Made by a program: the position numbers and the translations under genes. Positions 13,017-27,049 of a stretch of 64,000 nucleotides of DNA are shown here, piece by piece. Numbering within the stretch: position 1 is the stretch's first letter; each line of letters opens with the position of its first letter. The stretch comes from Eledone cirrhosa (taxonomy: Eukaryota), in NCBI GenBank assembly GCA_964016885.1, contig OZ024740.1, positions 58,466,001 to 58,530,000 on the forward strand. Direction: 5' to 3'. Below the pieces are notes generated by a model. The model was not told the origin of the DNA, searched no databases, and saw only the letters and a list, made by a program, of their open reading frames with translations.

Positions 13017-14209
13017 AGGCAGAGATGGTATGGACATGTAATGCGCATGAAGGATGACCCCTGGGTAAAGAAGTGCCAAGAAATCCCTGTAGAAGGAAGA
13101 CACAGTAGAGGTAGACCACGAAAAACATGGGCGGAGGTGGTGAGAGCAGTCCTTCAGATCGCTGAAACTCACCGAGGAGATGATGAAGGACCGTGACATG
13201 GGGAGAGATGCTGTGCAGAATAGGACCCATCCAACCCTTGCAAGCAGGGAAAAGCGGACGTAAAATGATGATGATGATGATGAAACAAATTATTGATATT
13301 AAACATTAGTAAGATTATTAATAGTACTTTTTAAAAGAAGCTTTCTATTTATATTTCTGTGAAAACATGATTATGGAAAATGTACAAGATTTTGCATTGC
13401 AAAATAATATTATTGATCTCTTGGGTCACAGAGAAATAGGAGGTGCATAGATTTCCAAATATAAGCCTACCAGGTAGATGATATATATGAGTAGATAATG
13501 CTAAAATTGAATTTTCCACATTTATGACACATTAGGAAAATCAGTAATACGACATGTACATGTGAACATGTTCAGACAATATCAGAAATATTCCGATATT
13601 TTGATAACTCTTTATCATAGTCTAGAAGAAACATTTCTTCTTTTGTCTGCATCATCTCAGAGGTTATGCATTGTGGATTATGAACAGATATTGTAACTAT
13701 ATTTAGCATATAAACAACATTTCTGTAAAGCATCTCAGCTATACATTACTAATAAGCCTATGAAATAACATTAGAAGCAAACTTAGAAAAATGCCTGTTT
13801 ATATCATATTACTTATTAATATGGAATATTTAAGCTTTTAAAATCAATGTTTATATTTTTCTTATATCTATTATATTTTCCCTTGAATCTCAGAAATTAT
13901 TATTCTGACAACGTCTTAATATTTTATTTGAATTAATCCTTTTTAGATGTTAAAATTTTTTACTGCAGGAAATGTTATGGGAATGGCTTTCATGAATGAA
14001 CAAAATATTTATTAAATAACTGGCTTATATTCTCTTCAACAGTTTAATATAAAATCTTTTTTCTTGTTATCAACAACCCTAAATCTTAATCTCAAGATAA
14101 ATGCTGCTATTAATACTTTATGATTTCTTTGAATTTAAAATGATCCATAGATAAAACACATTGTTATTATTGCATAATCAGCATACATGACTTAAGAGTA
14201 GCTATTATA

Positions 14210-14605
14210 AATATGGTCATCAATGATGCTGTTTAGTCTAAGATTTCTTGTCAGGATGAGAGAACGTGGACCCAGATTATCCGGGTTTAAGATGGTGTAG
14301 TTTCTCCCTAATGCAAGAGGTGACTTTAGACAAGGATAGTCTGAAGCTAATGTGGAAAGTTATGAGCATTGACATAAAATCCTGGGAACAGCTTACTCAG
14401 AACAGGCCTCTATGCAGGATCTTATCAACAATGGTGCAAAATCCTCACAAGTGACACACATTCAGGTAGTGAAAAGCAAATGTGAGTGCCACGAGGCCCT
14501 GTCAATTGACACTTCAAATGAACCCCTTGACCACATGTGCCTCACATATTACCATTATTTCCATGTCAAAATCAGACACATCAGCCATCTACAGATCAAT
14601 GAAAA
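14210..14605 (+). mobile_element. Decayed 3' fragment of a BovB/RTE-1-like LINE with a degenerate C-terminal C2H2 motif
   Basis: KDSLK..SIDIKSWEQLTQNRP and HMCLTYYHYFHVKIRHISHLQI resemble RTE C-termini (CxxCxxxF..RIGLISH). Confidence 0.6.
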
Positions 14606-14614
14606 GACCCTTAA

Positions 14615-14834
14615 CCCTTTAGCATTTACATTACTCTATATATACTATTGTATTTTCATGGTTGAGGCTTTATCTCACATAATTATCACATATAATATCG
14701 AATCAATGAGATTTTGATATTATTTATTTTGAGAACAATACCTTAACATAAGTATGAGCAGTCGGTTACAGCCAGTTTGTAAGAAAAAGGTGAGAGAATT
14801 CTGGCCAGATATGGCTGGTTTAAATGCTAAAGGG
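14615..14834 (-). mobile_element. piggyBac-like MITE, family M2
   Basis: TTAA|CCCTTTAGCATTTA ... TAAATGCTAAAGGG|TTAA: 14-bp TIR with TTAA duplication. Confidence 0.9.
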
Positions 14835-15134
14835 TTAATCATGTAGTTGAAATACTGATCTTTATTGATTAGCAATGGATGAATATCATCCACATATCTC
14901 ATAAAACGTTTCCACTGTGGCACCTAATATTTACAAAATTGCTTGTGAATTAAATGCTATCAATCTCATCACTAGCACAATTATATTTTCTATTGTGCTG
15001 TCAACTTGTTTCTTCAAGTGAATTACTTTAATGCCATTACTTCACAGCTTATATAATTCATTGTTTACACATACCTCTGCTTCAAAAGAAATATATCTAC
15101 AATATTAACGTAGTAAAATTGAAGGTAACATTCT

Positions 15135-15663
15135 TCATCATCATCGTTTTTACATCTGCATTCCACACTTGCATGGGTTGGATGGGTTGTTACATTCTGA
15201 GGCTACACAAGAGAGGTGATCATATTTTGCTTATATATTCCATATTTAGCATGGTTTCTATGTCTGGATGCCCTTCCTAACACTAACCACCTTACATTAC
15301 TGGTTCTTTATTTTATTGGCCCCGTAAGGATGAAAGGCAAAGCTAACTTTGGTGATATTTGAACTCAGAATGTAAAAGGACATAACTATATTCTGCAAAG
15401 AAGTTTGTCTGATGCTGTATTGATATACCCAATCCACTTCCCTAATAATGTTTTTTTTTTAATTTGGGCACAAGGCAAGCAATTTTAGGGAAGAGGAAAG
15501 TTGACTATATCAACACCAATATCTAACAGATACATTATTTTATTTACCTCAAAGAGATGAATGTCAAAGTTGACCTCAGTGAGATCTGAACTCAGAACAT
15601 AAAGAGTTAAAACAATATTGCAAAGGTATTTTGTCTGACACCTTACCAATTCTGCCAATCCAA
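15135..15663 (-). mobile_element. Cluster: RTE-tailed non-autonomous fragment plus two decayed family A SINEs
   Basis: (CAT)n tail and GGATGCCCTTCCTAA motif at 15135-15293; SINE A sequence at about 15294-15445 and 15461-15663. Confidence 0.7.
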
Positions 15664-16069
15664 CACATTAACGAGGAGGAGCGAGGACAATACTAACAAT
15701 CATGATGATAATACTACTATTACTAATACTAACAATGATGAATAATATTGATGATGATGATAATAATAATAATAATACTAATGATAATAGCAATGATTAT
15801 GATGATGAAATCAATTTTCTCTATTTATATATTGAATAGGCCTATAGGATTATCTTATTCTAGTTATCTGTCTTTTGTTCATTTCACATTGAATCCTAAT
15901 TCAACCAGGCCAACTATATAACCCAAAATAGCTAGGACAGCACTAATATAGAACCCTTGACCCCAATGTATTTGTTCTGACTTAAAAATATAGACTCTTA
16001 TTGAAAGTATTGATATGTTTCAATTCTTCTTCTTCTCCTCCTCCTCTGTCTCCTTCTTCTCCATCTCCT

Positions 16070-16466
16070 TCTTCCTTCCAATGGTTCCTGTCAGAAGCAA
16101 CTGGATTCCCTAGCAAGACCAGCTGAGCTCATAGATGAGGTCTGCCTCTGGGTCTCCTGCCGGTTGGTTTTGCCCATAAAATCTGTCCAGCAATTCTTTC
16201 CTGAGACATTCTAACCACATACCTGTAGTATCAGAGCTGTGATCTCTGAATTCAGCTCTACATGGAACAACTCTCTGATCTTTAAGCTACACACTCTATC
16301 AAGTAAAATTACTCAAAAGAACCTTCAGAGCAACCCCATTTCGGCTGCTTGTATTCACAAGCATATTCTTTTGGTCATTACTCAAGATTTTTGACTATAG
16401 GTAAGGGTTGGCATGAATACCTAATTGAAGATAGTGAGTTTGGTTTTTACACCTACCTTCCTTCCT
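16070..16466 (-). mobile_element. Rex3/Expander-like RTE 3' fragment (family C)
   Basis: Reverse complement aligns with 27340-27780 (GGACAGATTTTATGGGCAAAACCAACC). Confidence 0.75.
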
Positions 16467-16506
16467 GTTTAATGTAATTAAGTGATAATCTGTCATTTGT
16501 GAGTAC

Positions 16507-16772
16507 TTGTTTCTTTCTTTCTCTCTATCTACCCTGTTTTCCCCCTTTCTCTATCTCCCCTTTTCTCTATCACTACCTCTGTCTCCCTCTTTTCATCACT
16601 CCTCCTTTTCTATCCCCCTCTCTCCATCACTCCTCCTTCTCTATCCCCTTCTCTCTGTCACCCCTCCCTCTCTATCACCCCTTCTCTCTCACCCCATTAT
16701 CCATCATCCCTCTAGATTCCCCCTCAACTCTCTATCTTTCCCCCTTCTATCACTGTATCCCCCTTTCTCTCA
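16507..16772. repeat. Degenerate CT-rich polypyrimidine tract
   Basis: About 265 bp almost purely C/T on the + strand. Confidence 0.9.
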
Positions 16773-19700
16773 AACTAAATGAGAAGAAGAATTATCCTAG
16801 GTTCACTTAATATATACTGTATTTCATAAGTTTCATCTGTGTGCTGTACAAAAGGAGGAATCTATAAATTACTTTTGCTCGATTTAATATATCCTGGAAA
16901 AGACATCTGGGTTTGTTTCACAACCATTTCCTTGTATTTCATAAATTGATTTCTTATTAAATAAATTGAAAAATGTTCATAAAATTTATACATATAAGGT
17001 GTTTATTAATGAATAAAATCTTTTATTTAATGACAAATTTAGAAAAGAAATAACAAATTAAAAACAAACTTCTCATAAGAGATTTAACAGAATTATTCAA
17101 ATTTACTAACAGAACATTAAAATTTGAAGATAAATTCAAACATAATCGAACAGAAGATTGCTAAAATTATCTTTTGAACAGAGAGAAAAAAAATCATATC
17201 CCTAGTTACTTTTTGTTCATTCTTAATATTGTTTTGCTTTTAAAGAAAATCTTAATATTATTTACAGTTTTTATAACATTATTCCTCATAGAGTTCTAAT
17301 TCCTTATTCCCTTTTATCATATATTCTTTTCTTGTTGCTTTAACACTTTAACACTGGTAGTAAATCATATCATATATAAAGAAATATTCATGACTCCAAA
17401 TAAATGGATGCAATTAGAATTCTCATATCAACATTGGATTCTCTGTCACTACGATCTGAAATTAAATTTTATTGTTATGGTGCATTACTAGCTATTAACA
17501 TGATATTACATCTTTAATGGATGTTATACTGTATTGAGTGGAAAATATACTGTAGGGAATCATACATACAAAATACTCCACTGAATGTTAAAAAGATATT
17601 TATTCCTAATGAAAGTTGTAACAAGTAATCAGAATTCACATTGAGAATGTATATTAATCATATTGAAATATTGCAAACTTTATTCATGTAGATTAAATGC
17701 TTAAATATTCATTGCTATTGTTTTAAATGTAAAATAAATATGGTCAGAAGATGGGATAATCATTTATCAGAATAATCTGTGCTAACGTTTTCCACTTAGT
17801 AATTTTTATTATTTACAGAAAATATTTTTTAAAAATACTTTAGTGGTTTTGCAACCAAATTTGTAACTATAGCAATATCTATATTCCCTTAGTATAGCAA
17901 AAACACAATAAGCAGTTGTTAGCCATGCAAGCTCCATGATAGACTTCATATTCCTCATGGGTCCTTTACAGCTGGATGCTCTTCCTAATGCTATCTGTTC
18001 TAGACACCTTTTACAACCCATAGGAATATAGTGTACTTGTTCTAAATTGGATTCACACAGAAATGATATGCTTTCTTTAAACAAGGTCACATAAATAATC
18101 AGTTAGCAGTGTAAATTTATCTCAGTGAATGAAGTTGTATAAATTGGTTATGATTTGCAGATATTGTTATTTCACACTATTTACAATGCTATGATGAACT
18201 AACATATTTAATTACTGCTATATGAAACACTTAAATGTCAATGTCCAATCTCTCTATTGCAGTCTGTTATACTGACCACCCATTTACAGTTACAATTGAG
18301 TATAAAAAAAATTGAGGCAAATGATTATATTTATTAAATTAGATTAGTGCATAATATTTATCATGATTCAACTTATAACAATTTGTGTCAGAAGAGATTA
18401 AAAATACTTCTCTGCCTATTAGAATGAAACAGAAAAGTTGCTGAACAATTAAATCTTAATCTCAAGATAAATGCTGCTATTAATTCTTTATGATTTCTTT
18501 GAATTTAAAATGATCCATAAATACAACATTGTTATTATTGCATATCTAAGCTAGTGTTACATTTAAATTGTGCTTGATTCTATTGAAGACTGTGTGCATC
18601 CAATTAATATAGTAAAATAATTAAGAAATTTAAATTTAGATTTCACTTTAATAAAACTCAAATATAAATTGACAATAGTATTGTCATATCATTTAGTTAT
18701 ATTCATTAGTAAATAACTTTTAAAAATAGTTTTAAATGTCCATTTTATGATGAGCTGTTCTTTGTTTAATTGCATGTATTATTCAATACTTGAATTTTCA
18801 ATTTCACAACTCACCTTAAATGTCATATCCTTTCTATGAAAAGATTTCAAAATTAGAAACACAGATCACCTCTACTTCCACAATTAATTCACCAAAAAAA
18901 TCAATAAATTGCTAGATGCTTGGTGCCTTAAACTAAATACAATAATAATACCTTCAAAATAGAAAAAAAAAAAATCATGATAAATTTATCAAAATTTCTG
19001 GCACCAGCATTTTTATGTAGGGGTTTATTTTATATATAATTTTGTATTCTCCTTAATTAGTTTGTTAATCACAGGTTCTTGAAAGAAATATTAGGAGACC
19101 TAGAAAAACTGTTCACTCGTGATCAAACAAAAGTACTAGTCACTTTTAATAAAATACAAAAACATCAACACATCTGAAAATACAGTGCTTCATTCTTTAA
19201 GTATTTATTTGCAAACAAAATCTGTTTTTGCTGCCTTCATAAATCCTTTAGTCTGCTTTCAATCATCAACTTTGCAGCCAAATACTGGATTCTATATCTG
19301 CTTCATGAAGCTAAGTGGAATAGTCCATTAATGTTTATTTATTTAGTTTTCACCTTAATGTTGAATATTTGTTTTTATTTCAATTCTAGATTTTTTATAT
19401 ACATTGTTGCTTTATTATGATTGTTCATTTTAAATTCCATTAAACAATTCCTAATGTTGTTTCTCTCTCAATTTTGGTCTTTTTAGTTTTTGATTTCCTA
19501 TGTTCAACTGCAGAAATATGTGGATGTAAATGTTTACAAAATAATATATTTGACCCTTGTAAGATTAGCAGCTATTGTTTCATTAACTTGTGTTATTTTT
19601 TGCTTATTTTAATTATTTCTGAATGTTAAATTTAGAAATAGATATTTTTTTTATTTCATATGATATTTTGACTTCTTCAAATTTTTATATGGTTTTGTTT

Positions 19701-20559
19701 TGTCTCTCACTGCATGTGGTTGATATTGAGGGGAAGTGTTAACGATTTTTGTAATTTGAATTCGTCTGGATCTGATATTTTTATATTGATTTTCTCTTGA
19801 TATTTTAGAAATGTTGGTCTGGTATTTTCGGTGTCTATATTTATTCATTTAACATATTCACTATGAGTATAATTTTGGTACTTAATTGTTGTTTATTTAA
19901 ATTATTAAAGTTCTGTACCACATGAAAACACATTAGTAAGACATTCTTAAAAAGTTCAAAACAGGACTATGACTGCATCACATTAAATATTGAAGTCCTT
20001 AGTTTACTGCAAATTTTCACAATGATCTGTCCACTAGTAAAGATACTATAGATATTTGAATTAACAAACGTTTTTGGTTTGTTTTGCTAAATCATTACAG
20101 GGTATTAGAAATTAATAATGGATATAAATAATGATGATGATATCCTTCATCACTTTATGTTTCTCTCTACAGAAAAGAAGAGAATGCAGCAGAGGTGCAT
20201 ATGCAGGTCTGGGAGACATTTTGGAGGTGCAGGAACCATTATAGTAGTATTAGTAGTAATATTTGTATAGCTCCAGTACTTATGAGCAAATATATTCAAA
20301 CCATGACTATCCTATATTTTTCCATATCAGAGACTATATTGCCGTACATATGATTCTTTATTTATGTGGCAGGGTGTATTTAAAAGAGAATAGGCTGCTA
20401 ATTCTAGCAGATTAAGTGACTCAATACAGGCTCCCTCATCAGTTTGTTCTGGGAGTGATAGAAGAGGATATTGTATGTCAGATGATATGTGGTTGTAACA
20501 TGGTGAATAAAATATTGCCTATTTAATGGTTTTAGTTGGGAATTGAGTAGGGTCCATGT

Positions 20560-21340
20560 TGCTTGCTTGTCTAAAAGCTGTACTATTAACATTACTTTGA
20601 TGAAAGTTGCCCTTATGCCTTGTGAAGGGTAAGCATTTGATCATAACTGAAAGGGTTTTGGGCTCTGGGGAGAAAATTCTAGCTTTTGTCATACACTTTT
20701 GTCTCTGCTATGAGACCTAGCATTCATAATTTAGATTTATGTTAGTCAAAGGCTGAGAGGGTACATAGTTTTTGCCTCTGTTTGTTATATGTAGTTACTG
20801 TTTCTTAGGGCTATTGAATGAGAGTAGGTTGTCATTTCTGAGTGATTGATGCACTTATTTTTGTGAATTATATTTATAAGATTCCTAGCAATAAATAATT
20901 GATTATATGTATGCAAAAGAAAAAAAAAGTCCACATTGCCAGATGTTTTCACAGTCTGTGTCCATAGAGATAGTGCACATCTGAAGTTAGGTATCCAGCT
21001 TGTATGTGAATGATTACTGTAAGCATAAGATGAGTGGGTAGTGAAGAGTGGTTTGATCTATGTAGGAATGTATGTAGTTAGAGGTAAGAATGAAAATGTC
21101 ATTAATATATAGAAGGATGAGTGTGCTAGAACTATCTGCACACCAGAAGTGATGTAATGACGGTCAAAGAAAGTCACATTTACGCATTCTCCATGAGAAG
21201 AGAAATATGTGGAAACTAGTGATAGGAAACATTGTTGGGATATTTTATTGATACAATTGATGAAGGGTTTCATATGATGAAGGGTGATTGAGGAAGGGTA
21301 TCCAGTGGTAGAAAACTTGATAAACAAATGATTAAAAGGG
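20560..21340 (-). mobile_element. Highly decayed CR1-group LINE RT fossil
   Basis: Minus strand gives LLYINDI near 21100 and FSYDQMLTLHKA near 20630. Confidence 0.5.
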
Positions 21341-22453
21341 ACTTTCAGCTGTGGTGTAGGCATGACAACCTCCATAGTGCTGGTGAAATGATGAAATACA
21401 CCCACTGTACTCTGTAGAGTTCAGAAATGTAAATGAGAAATGAATACTGGCTTATCTGATAGGTCAGTACCTCTATTAAGTACTGAGTTGGTCTGTAACA
21501 ACCTGTCCAACCTTTACCAATGGGAGGAAAAAATCACACTAAATACTGATGTTTGCAGCAAAGCATACTTTATGATGAAATTAACAAAGATTGGTATTTG
21601 CTGCAGAAAAGTATGTTTCTGGTAGTCCTGGATTTATTTGTATCCAACAGTTTGTTGCTGAAAAAGTGGTTGTTTGAAACGAAAGCACATTTTCCATTGA
21701 GGATAACCAGAACTTCAACAAGTTAGATTATTCCATGTTAATGTCTATTTTCCATGCTTGCATTTGTTATGACAGTCTACCCTGTCCAATGGTAATGGTG
21801 GTGTCATGAAAAAAAATGAACTCAGTATTACTGTGAAGTGGTTGACATTAGGATGGTCATCCAGTCATAAAGACCATGCCAAAATGGAATATATGTGCTA
21901 GACAGAGTCGTCTGACTTTTATGTCTAGCCTCAGAGTGTGACAACTTGTTTAAACCATGGAAATAGACATAAAATGATGATAATGATATTCTTTTATTCT
22001 CCTGGCTTCTGACATTGACTGTGGCTGTGCTGCGGCACCACTTGGAAGGGATTTAATCAATCATATCAATTTAGCACTTACTGTTTTAAGTCTGATACTC
22101 ACTTTATCCATATTGCTTTGTCAAACCATTAAATTACAGATCACAGACATGAATACACATACACTCACACACAAATAGACACACATACACATATATCTAT
22201 ATATGGTAGGTTTCTAAACAGTTTCTGACTACCAAATTTCATTGAAATGGCAATCTTCAACCCAAAAGACACTTGCCCAACTTGCCATATAGTAGGACTG
22301 AACATGGAACTACATGGCTGCAAAACAAACTCCTTAAGCATACAGCTAAATTTGAGGCTTGTGCCTATCCATATTTGTGAATGTAGCTGTATTAACTTTG
22401 GTTAATCTGTACATTTCTCTGTTATAGTTATGATCAAATCCCTCAGTGGTTAA

Positions 22454-22678
22454 CCCTTTTGTTACTATATCTATAATGAAATAGATAGTATTTGAATTAA
22501 TTAATTATGCATTTTGAGAGATTTATTAAAATCATTAATTATTTCATTATTAAGATGGCATTTCTAACATAACTTAACAAAAGGCTTCTTATCTAAAATA
22601 ATTTTGGAAGGTTTTTAGTTAAATAGGAAGCTTTTAAAATGAGTGGTTTTTGCTTCAAATGGTTTGGTATCAAAAGTG
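22454..22678 (+). mobile_element. piggyBac-like MITE, family M3
   Basis: TTAA|CCCTTTTGTTAC ... GTATCAAAAGTG|TTAA; related copies near 5730-5950, 26216-26421, 31095-31340, 41438-41570, 49645-50190, 50720-50840, 63580-63731. Confidence 0.8.
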
Positions 22679-23445
22679 TTAAGAATAATGAGCTTTAAAG
22701 CCTCAATAGAACATTCCACTAAAAGAAAATAATTGCCTCGCTTTTATTGGCTATAACTATTTCTATGTGGAAAAGTCCTGCTTTCAGTGTTTCATCGAAC
22801 ATTTGAGCAGCTCATACTCCTTCATCATGTTCAATAACCACTAGTTATTTCTATATCTATTTTCTAGTCTTAACAAATCTACAATAGCTGATAGATAGAT
22901 TTAACATGACAAATTACATTGGTAGATTTGAAAGGGATCTGACATTACAAAACAGATAAGGAAGTGCTGTTAGTCCAAATTAGTGAGATCTTTTGAAATG
23001 TTGCTATGTGTACTACCTAGGACAAAAGTTTTATAGATAATGCAAATCAGTTGAATAAGATCTTTTCACAACACTTCATAGCCTTTGTTTGGTGTACAAA
23101 GTCTCCCTTAAGAGAACTTCAATCCTTATTTCAATCATATTCACAGCTTACTATAACTGAAAAAGGAAGCATGAGAAATTAGTTTGAGTTAACAGAAATA
23201 TTCAGATTTTCCAATTGCCACTGAAGTTGTAAGCATGTAGTTGCACAGAATGTGTCAATTAAAGCAGCCAATAGCCAACTTTCTGACTATAAGAAATGTT
23301 ATTCTAATCTGTAGGAATGTTAGGAATGAACATAAAAATAGTTATAATATTGCTTTTATCTTTAGTGTCTTGATGGGGGTAGCAAATAGTTTTGTGTATT
23401 ATGCAATACAAATTTCTTTTAGTGTTTTTGTTGATAGGAAATAGT

Positions 23446-23895
23446 ATCATCATCATTTTATGCTTGCCTTTCATGCTGGCATAGATTGGATGGGTTATCA
23501 TGGTCCAAGACGTGACAAGTCAGAGAGACCTTATCTTGCTCATACGTTCCATATTTAGCATGGTTTCTATGGCTGTATGCCTTTCCAAATACCAACCACC
23601 TTATAAAGTGTATTAGGTGCATTTTATTCTGGCACTAACACTACCACTTTAGAGAGTGTATAAAGTGTAATTTATTCTGGCAACAGCTCTACCATTTCAT
23701 AGAGTGTACTGGGTGCATTTTATCATAACACCAGCTCTAGAGAGGTTGTCTGATGCTCGGCCAGACTGAAGAGCCCTCCCTATCATATATAGCCTTCATT
23801 TGATTACTAACCATATTACAGCGTATACTGGGTGATTTCTATCATGACACCAAAATTGGCTTGGCATGTTACAATCATCTCATCGACTGCAAGCT
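23446..23895 (-). mobile_element. RTE-tailed non-autonomous element with internal repeats of about 48 bp
   Basis: (CAT)n tail, degenerate GGATGCCCTTCC motif, three tandem ACCAC.TTA.AGAGTGTA.TGGGTGCATTTTAT units. Confidence 0.65.
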
Positions 23896-25494
23896 AAGGG
23901 GCCATATTGCTCTATGTAGTTTCCAATCTATAACCATAGCTATATTTAGTTTTGCAGTTCTTGTACTGGGAAGCAGGTTTTTTATAGAATGGCGAATTAT
24001 CAGTCAACTCAATCCTGCATCACCTCTTTCATGAGGTTTTTGATATCATTCTTCACAACTTCATAAATTCTGGTATTTATTGATGAAATATAGAATTGGT
24101 TACATCTTGAATATTGTTTTGATTGTAAGTTAAATGGAATCTACTAATTTCAGATTTTGTTTTTGTTGTTTCATTGTTTAGTCTGGAGTAATGGTAGTGG
24201 CCATGATATTTTTCAGGGTCTGTGAGACTGTGACTGGTGGGGAGAGGAACGAAAGTATCATTGAACCAGAGACCTAGTCCAAATGCTTGTAACAGAGCAG
24301 ATTCTGCTAAAGGCCCCTAAGGATGAGATGGGGAGATAGATTAAGTTTACCACCCAAAATAAAATGTTATTGTAATATTATGCCATAGAAAGATTGCAGG
24401 ACAAGTTAAAGCATGAGGATTAATAAATGAATTTAGGAGGCAAGTAATTCAATATTTTGAGCTGAGCCCAAACTACTTATATTTGATTGGGGTTTGTCAT
24501 ATAAAATATAAGATGAACACTTCTCAGTGAAATGAATTTGATCTTTGAAAAAAAGCTGTTCTTGACTAAAGTTGTTTTCTCTTTTAAGGAAATAATTGGT
24601 ATTTACAAGTATACATGACATTTATTAAATTTAATGATTAACACATATTTTTGTTAATGTTACTTAGTTCTACCAGGATTAAACAAAATTAGCTCATAAA
24701 TAAAGTTTTTTCAGTTCATAAAAATTGAATATGCCAGATGTATTACCCACACCTCTCATTTGCTGGATGTGTACTCTTTCAATACACATAATAGTAGCAT
24801 ACTTGTTCAAGCAAGAGGTATGGCTTTAACTCCCATGTGTGCTGGTACTCCTCTTTTTCCATTCAGTGTGTTTATAGAGCCCATTATTAGAGCCAAAATA
24901 AAGTACCAGTAATGCACTGGGTAATTGCTGGCCTTGTGCCTAAAGTAGAAACAATTATTAGAGCCAAAATAAAATTTATGAGCAGAACCTGATTGATCAG
25001 TCTGCAGCATTTGACAGCCATCTAACCTATGCAAACATGGAAAATAGACATTGAATGGTGACAGTGGTGGTGGTGGTGATGATCCCCTTGTGTCACACCT
25101 ACTCTCGGTCTTGTGGTTGTGATAGATTTTGTGCAGTGTTGGATTTAGACACTGACAATTATTAATAAGAATGTTTTCATCATCATCATCATCATCACTG
25201 TTTTATATCTATTTTCCATGCTTGTATTTGTTTGATAAGTTGTCACTTTCTGAGGTCATATATCAGGTAACTGTGTCTTCATCAGACCTTCAATATTTAC
25301 AGCTGAATGCCCTCACTAATACCAACAAATTCAGGACATTTACTGAGTTCATTGTAAAACCATCTGACTTAATTTTGTAACAAGGAACCTGAAAGATTTA
25401 TATAGCTTACAGTCCCACCATGTGTAAATCTGACAGCTTAAGTCATCACCTTTCTTTTTTCTGAAACTCAATGTTTCTTATGGATTATATTACA

Positions 25495-25536
<42 letters not shown>

Positions 25537-27049
25537 AGTCCCAGTCATTGCAAAATTAACACTTTCATTATATCAGTATATTTTTCCAACTATATTTCCT
25601 AATTTTACACCATACACTTCTTTGTATTTCTTTGTCTCTTTTTTTATTGTCTATATACATTAGCCTTATGCTGAGAAACACATTTTCCATGTATTAACTG
25701 AGATACACATATAATGGTATCACAGTCTTCAAAACAAAGTTTCATTCAACTGGTATATAATCTCTTAGTTGATTTATTTTCTTAAGTTATATCATATACA
25801 GTCTGTTCGCTTTAACGCCTCTTGGAAAAATATTAAATATTTACTGTGCACGAATAACATGCTATAACATGTGAGGTTTATAATTTTTTTTATTAGTCAG
25901 AAATATAATATAACTTTAGAATTAACAAAGGAAATCATCAGAAATAACAATATAGTATATATTAGAGTTGTAATTTTATTCAATTGTTTTTCTCTCTCTA
26001 ACTCCACTTCAGAAAATTAAACTTGAATTACACAAATTTACTTTATGCACCCCGTCCACAAACGCATCTTCATGTAAAAAACAAACACATTGTATTTGTG
26101 TTATGGTTATTGCAGTTTTGTCGGAAAATGAATCTATATTATTGCTCCATAACATGTATGTCTTTAAAGTCTCCCAGTGCTATAATAACATTGCTTTCAT
26201 ATCAAGACTTTTTAACCCTTCTAATACTGATCCTCTTGAAACCACTCCTATTATATAAAACTTTGTTTTAAAGTGTTTATATTTATCTAAAACTCTTCTA
26301 TCATAATTCTGTGTAAGTAACCAGATAAATAACGAGAATTCTCCCCAAATTCTTTTTCATTTACAAAATTATTTGAAAATCACAGGCAGAATGTTTCATT
26401 AGAAATATGGCAATGAAAGAGTTAAACAATAATTATTTAATAGCTCATCGTTGAGGACATTTGATCAAATTATTTAGATATTTTAAAGTATTCCACTTCA
26501 CATATTACCTTTAAAAAAATAAAAACAGACAAAAAAATATAATTCCTCTCCTGCTGAATGTGCTTCTGTTAAGTTTCTTGGTGTTAAAATTGAATTTTTG
26601 TAGACTTGTAATCACAGAATAATGTTCAGTGGCTTATGTATCAGAAGTGTGTGAAGATATTTTATATTCATGAACTGTATTACTCATGTACATTGATGGA
26701 AAGTATATTCTCATAGATTTTTCAAATGTTAATTTTATGTTAGGTCATGTCTGCATTACAACCTAACTATTTCTTCATCATTGTTTAGATTACTTGTTCT
26801 TCTATCATAAATAGTACAACTAATGATTAGAGAAAATCAATAAAGATGTACATCAATTACTCACTTACTTAATTAATAATGCTCTTCGCAGCATTTTTGG
26901 TTAATTTGAAATTTAATGTAAGGTGAACTGTTTTTGATAAATATATCACAGAGGGATAAAAATCTTTGGTATTTATCTTCACAGCAAGGTTAAAATTGTA
27001 TATATGTCAAGAGAAGTATTCCTATATTATATTTTAAATTAAAGATGTC

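Larger units (their letters stand above)
10058..13282 (+). mobile_element. Near full-length RTE-clade LINE, family A, inactivated
   Basis: AP-endonuclease motifs (TLNVGTL, CVQEVRW, ISAYAPQ, GDFNGHVG), RT motifs (QFGF, GVHQGSVLSP, YADD at about 12288), PHD insert, GRPRKTW C-terminus, tail GCGGACGTAAAAT(GAT)n; multiple stops and frameshifts. Confidence 0.95.

Noticed and set aside
13968-14020. Acceptor-like TTTTTTACTGCAG|G
   Set aside because: No convincing donor before stops in all three frames.
16499-16810. Pro/Ser/Leu/Phe-rich ORFs
   Set aside because: Low-complexity CT tract.
18670-18686. Palindrome TGACAATA-G-TATTGTCA
   Set aside because: An 8-bp arm is expected by chance in 64 kb of AT-rich DNA; no supporting context.
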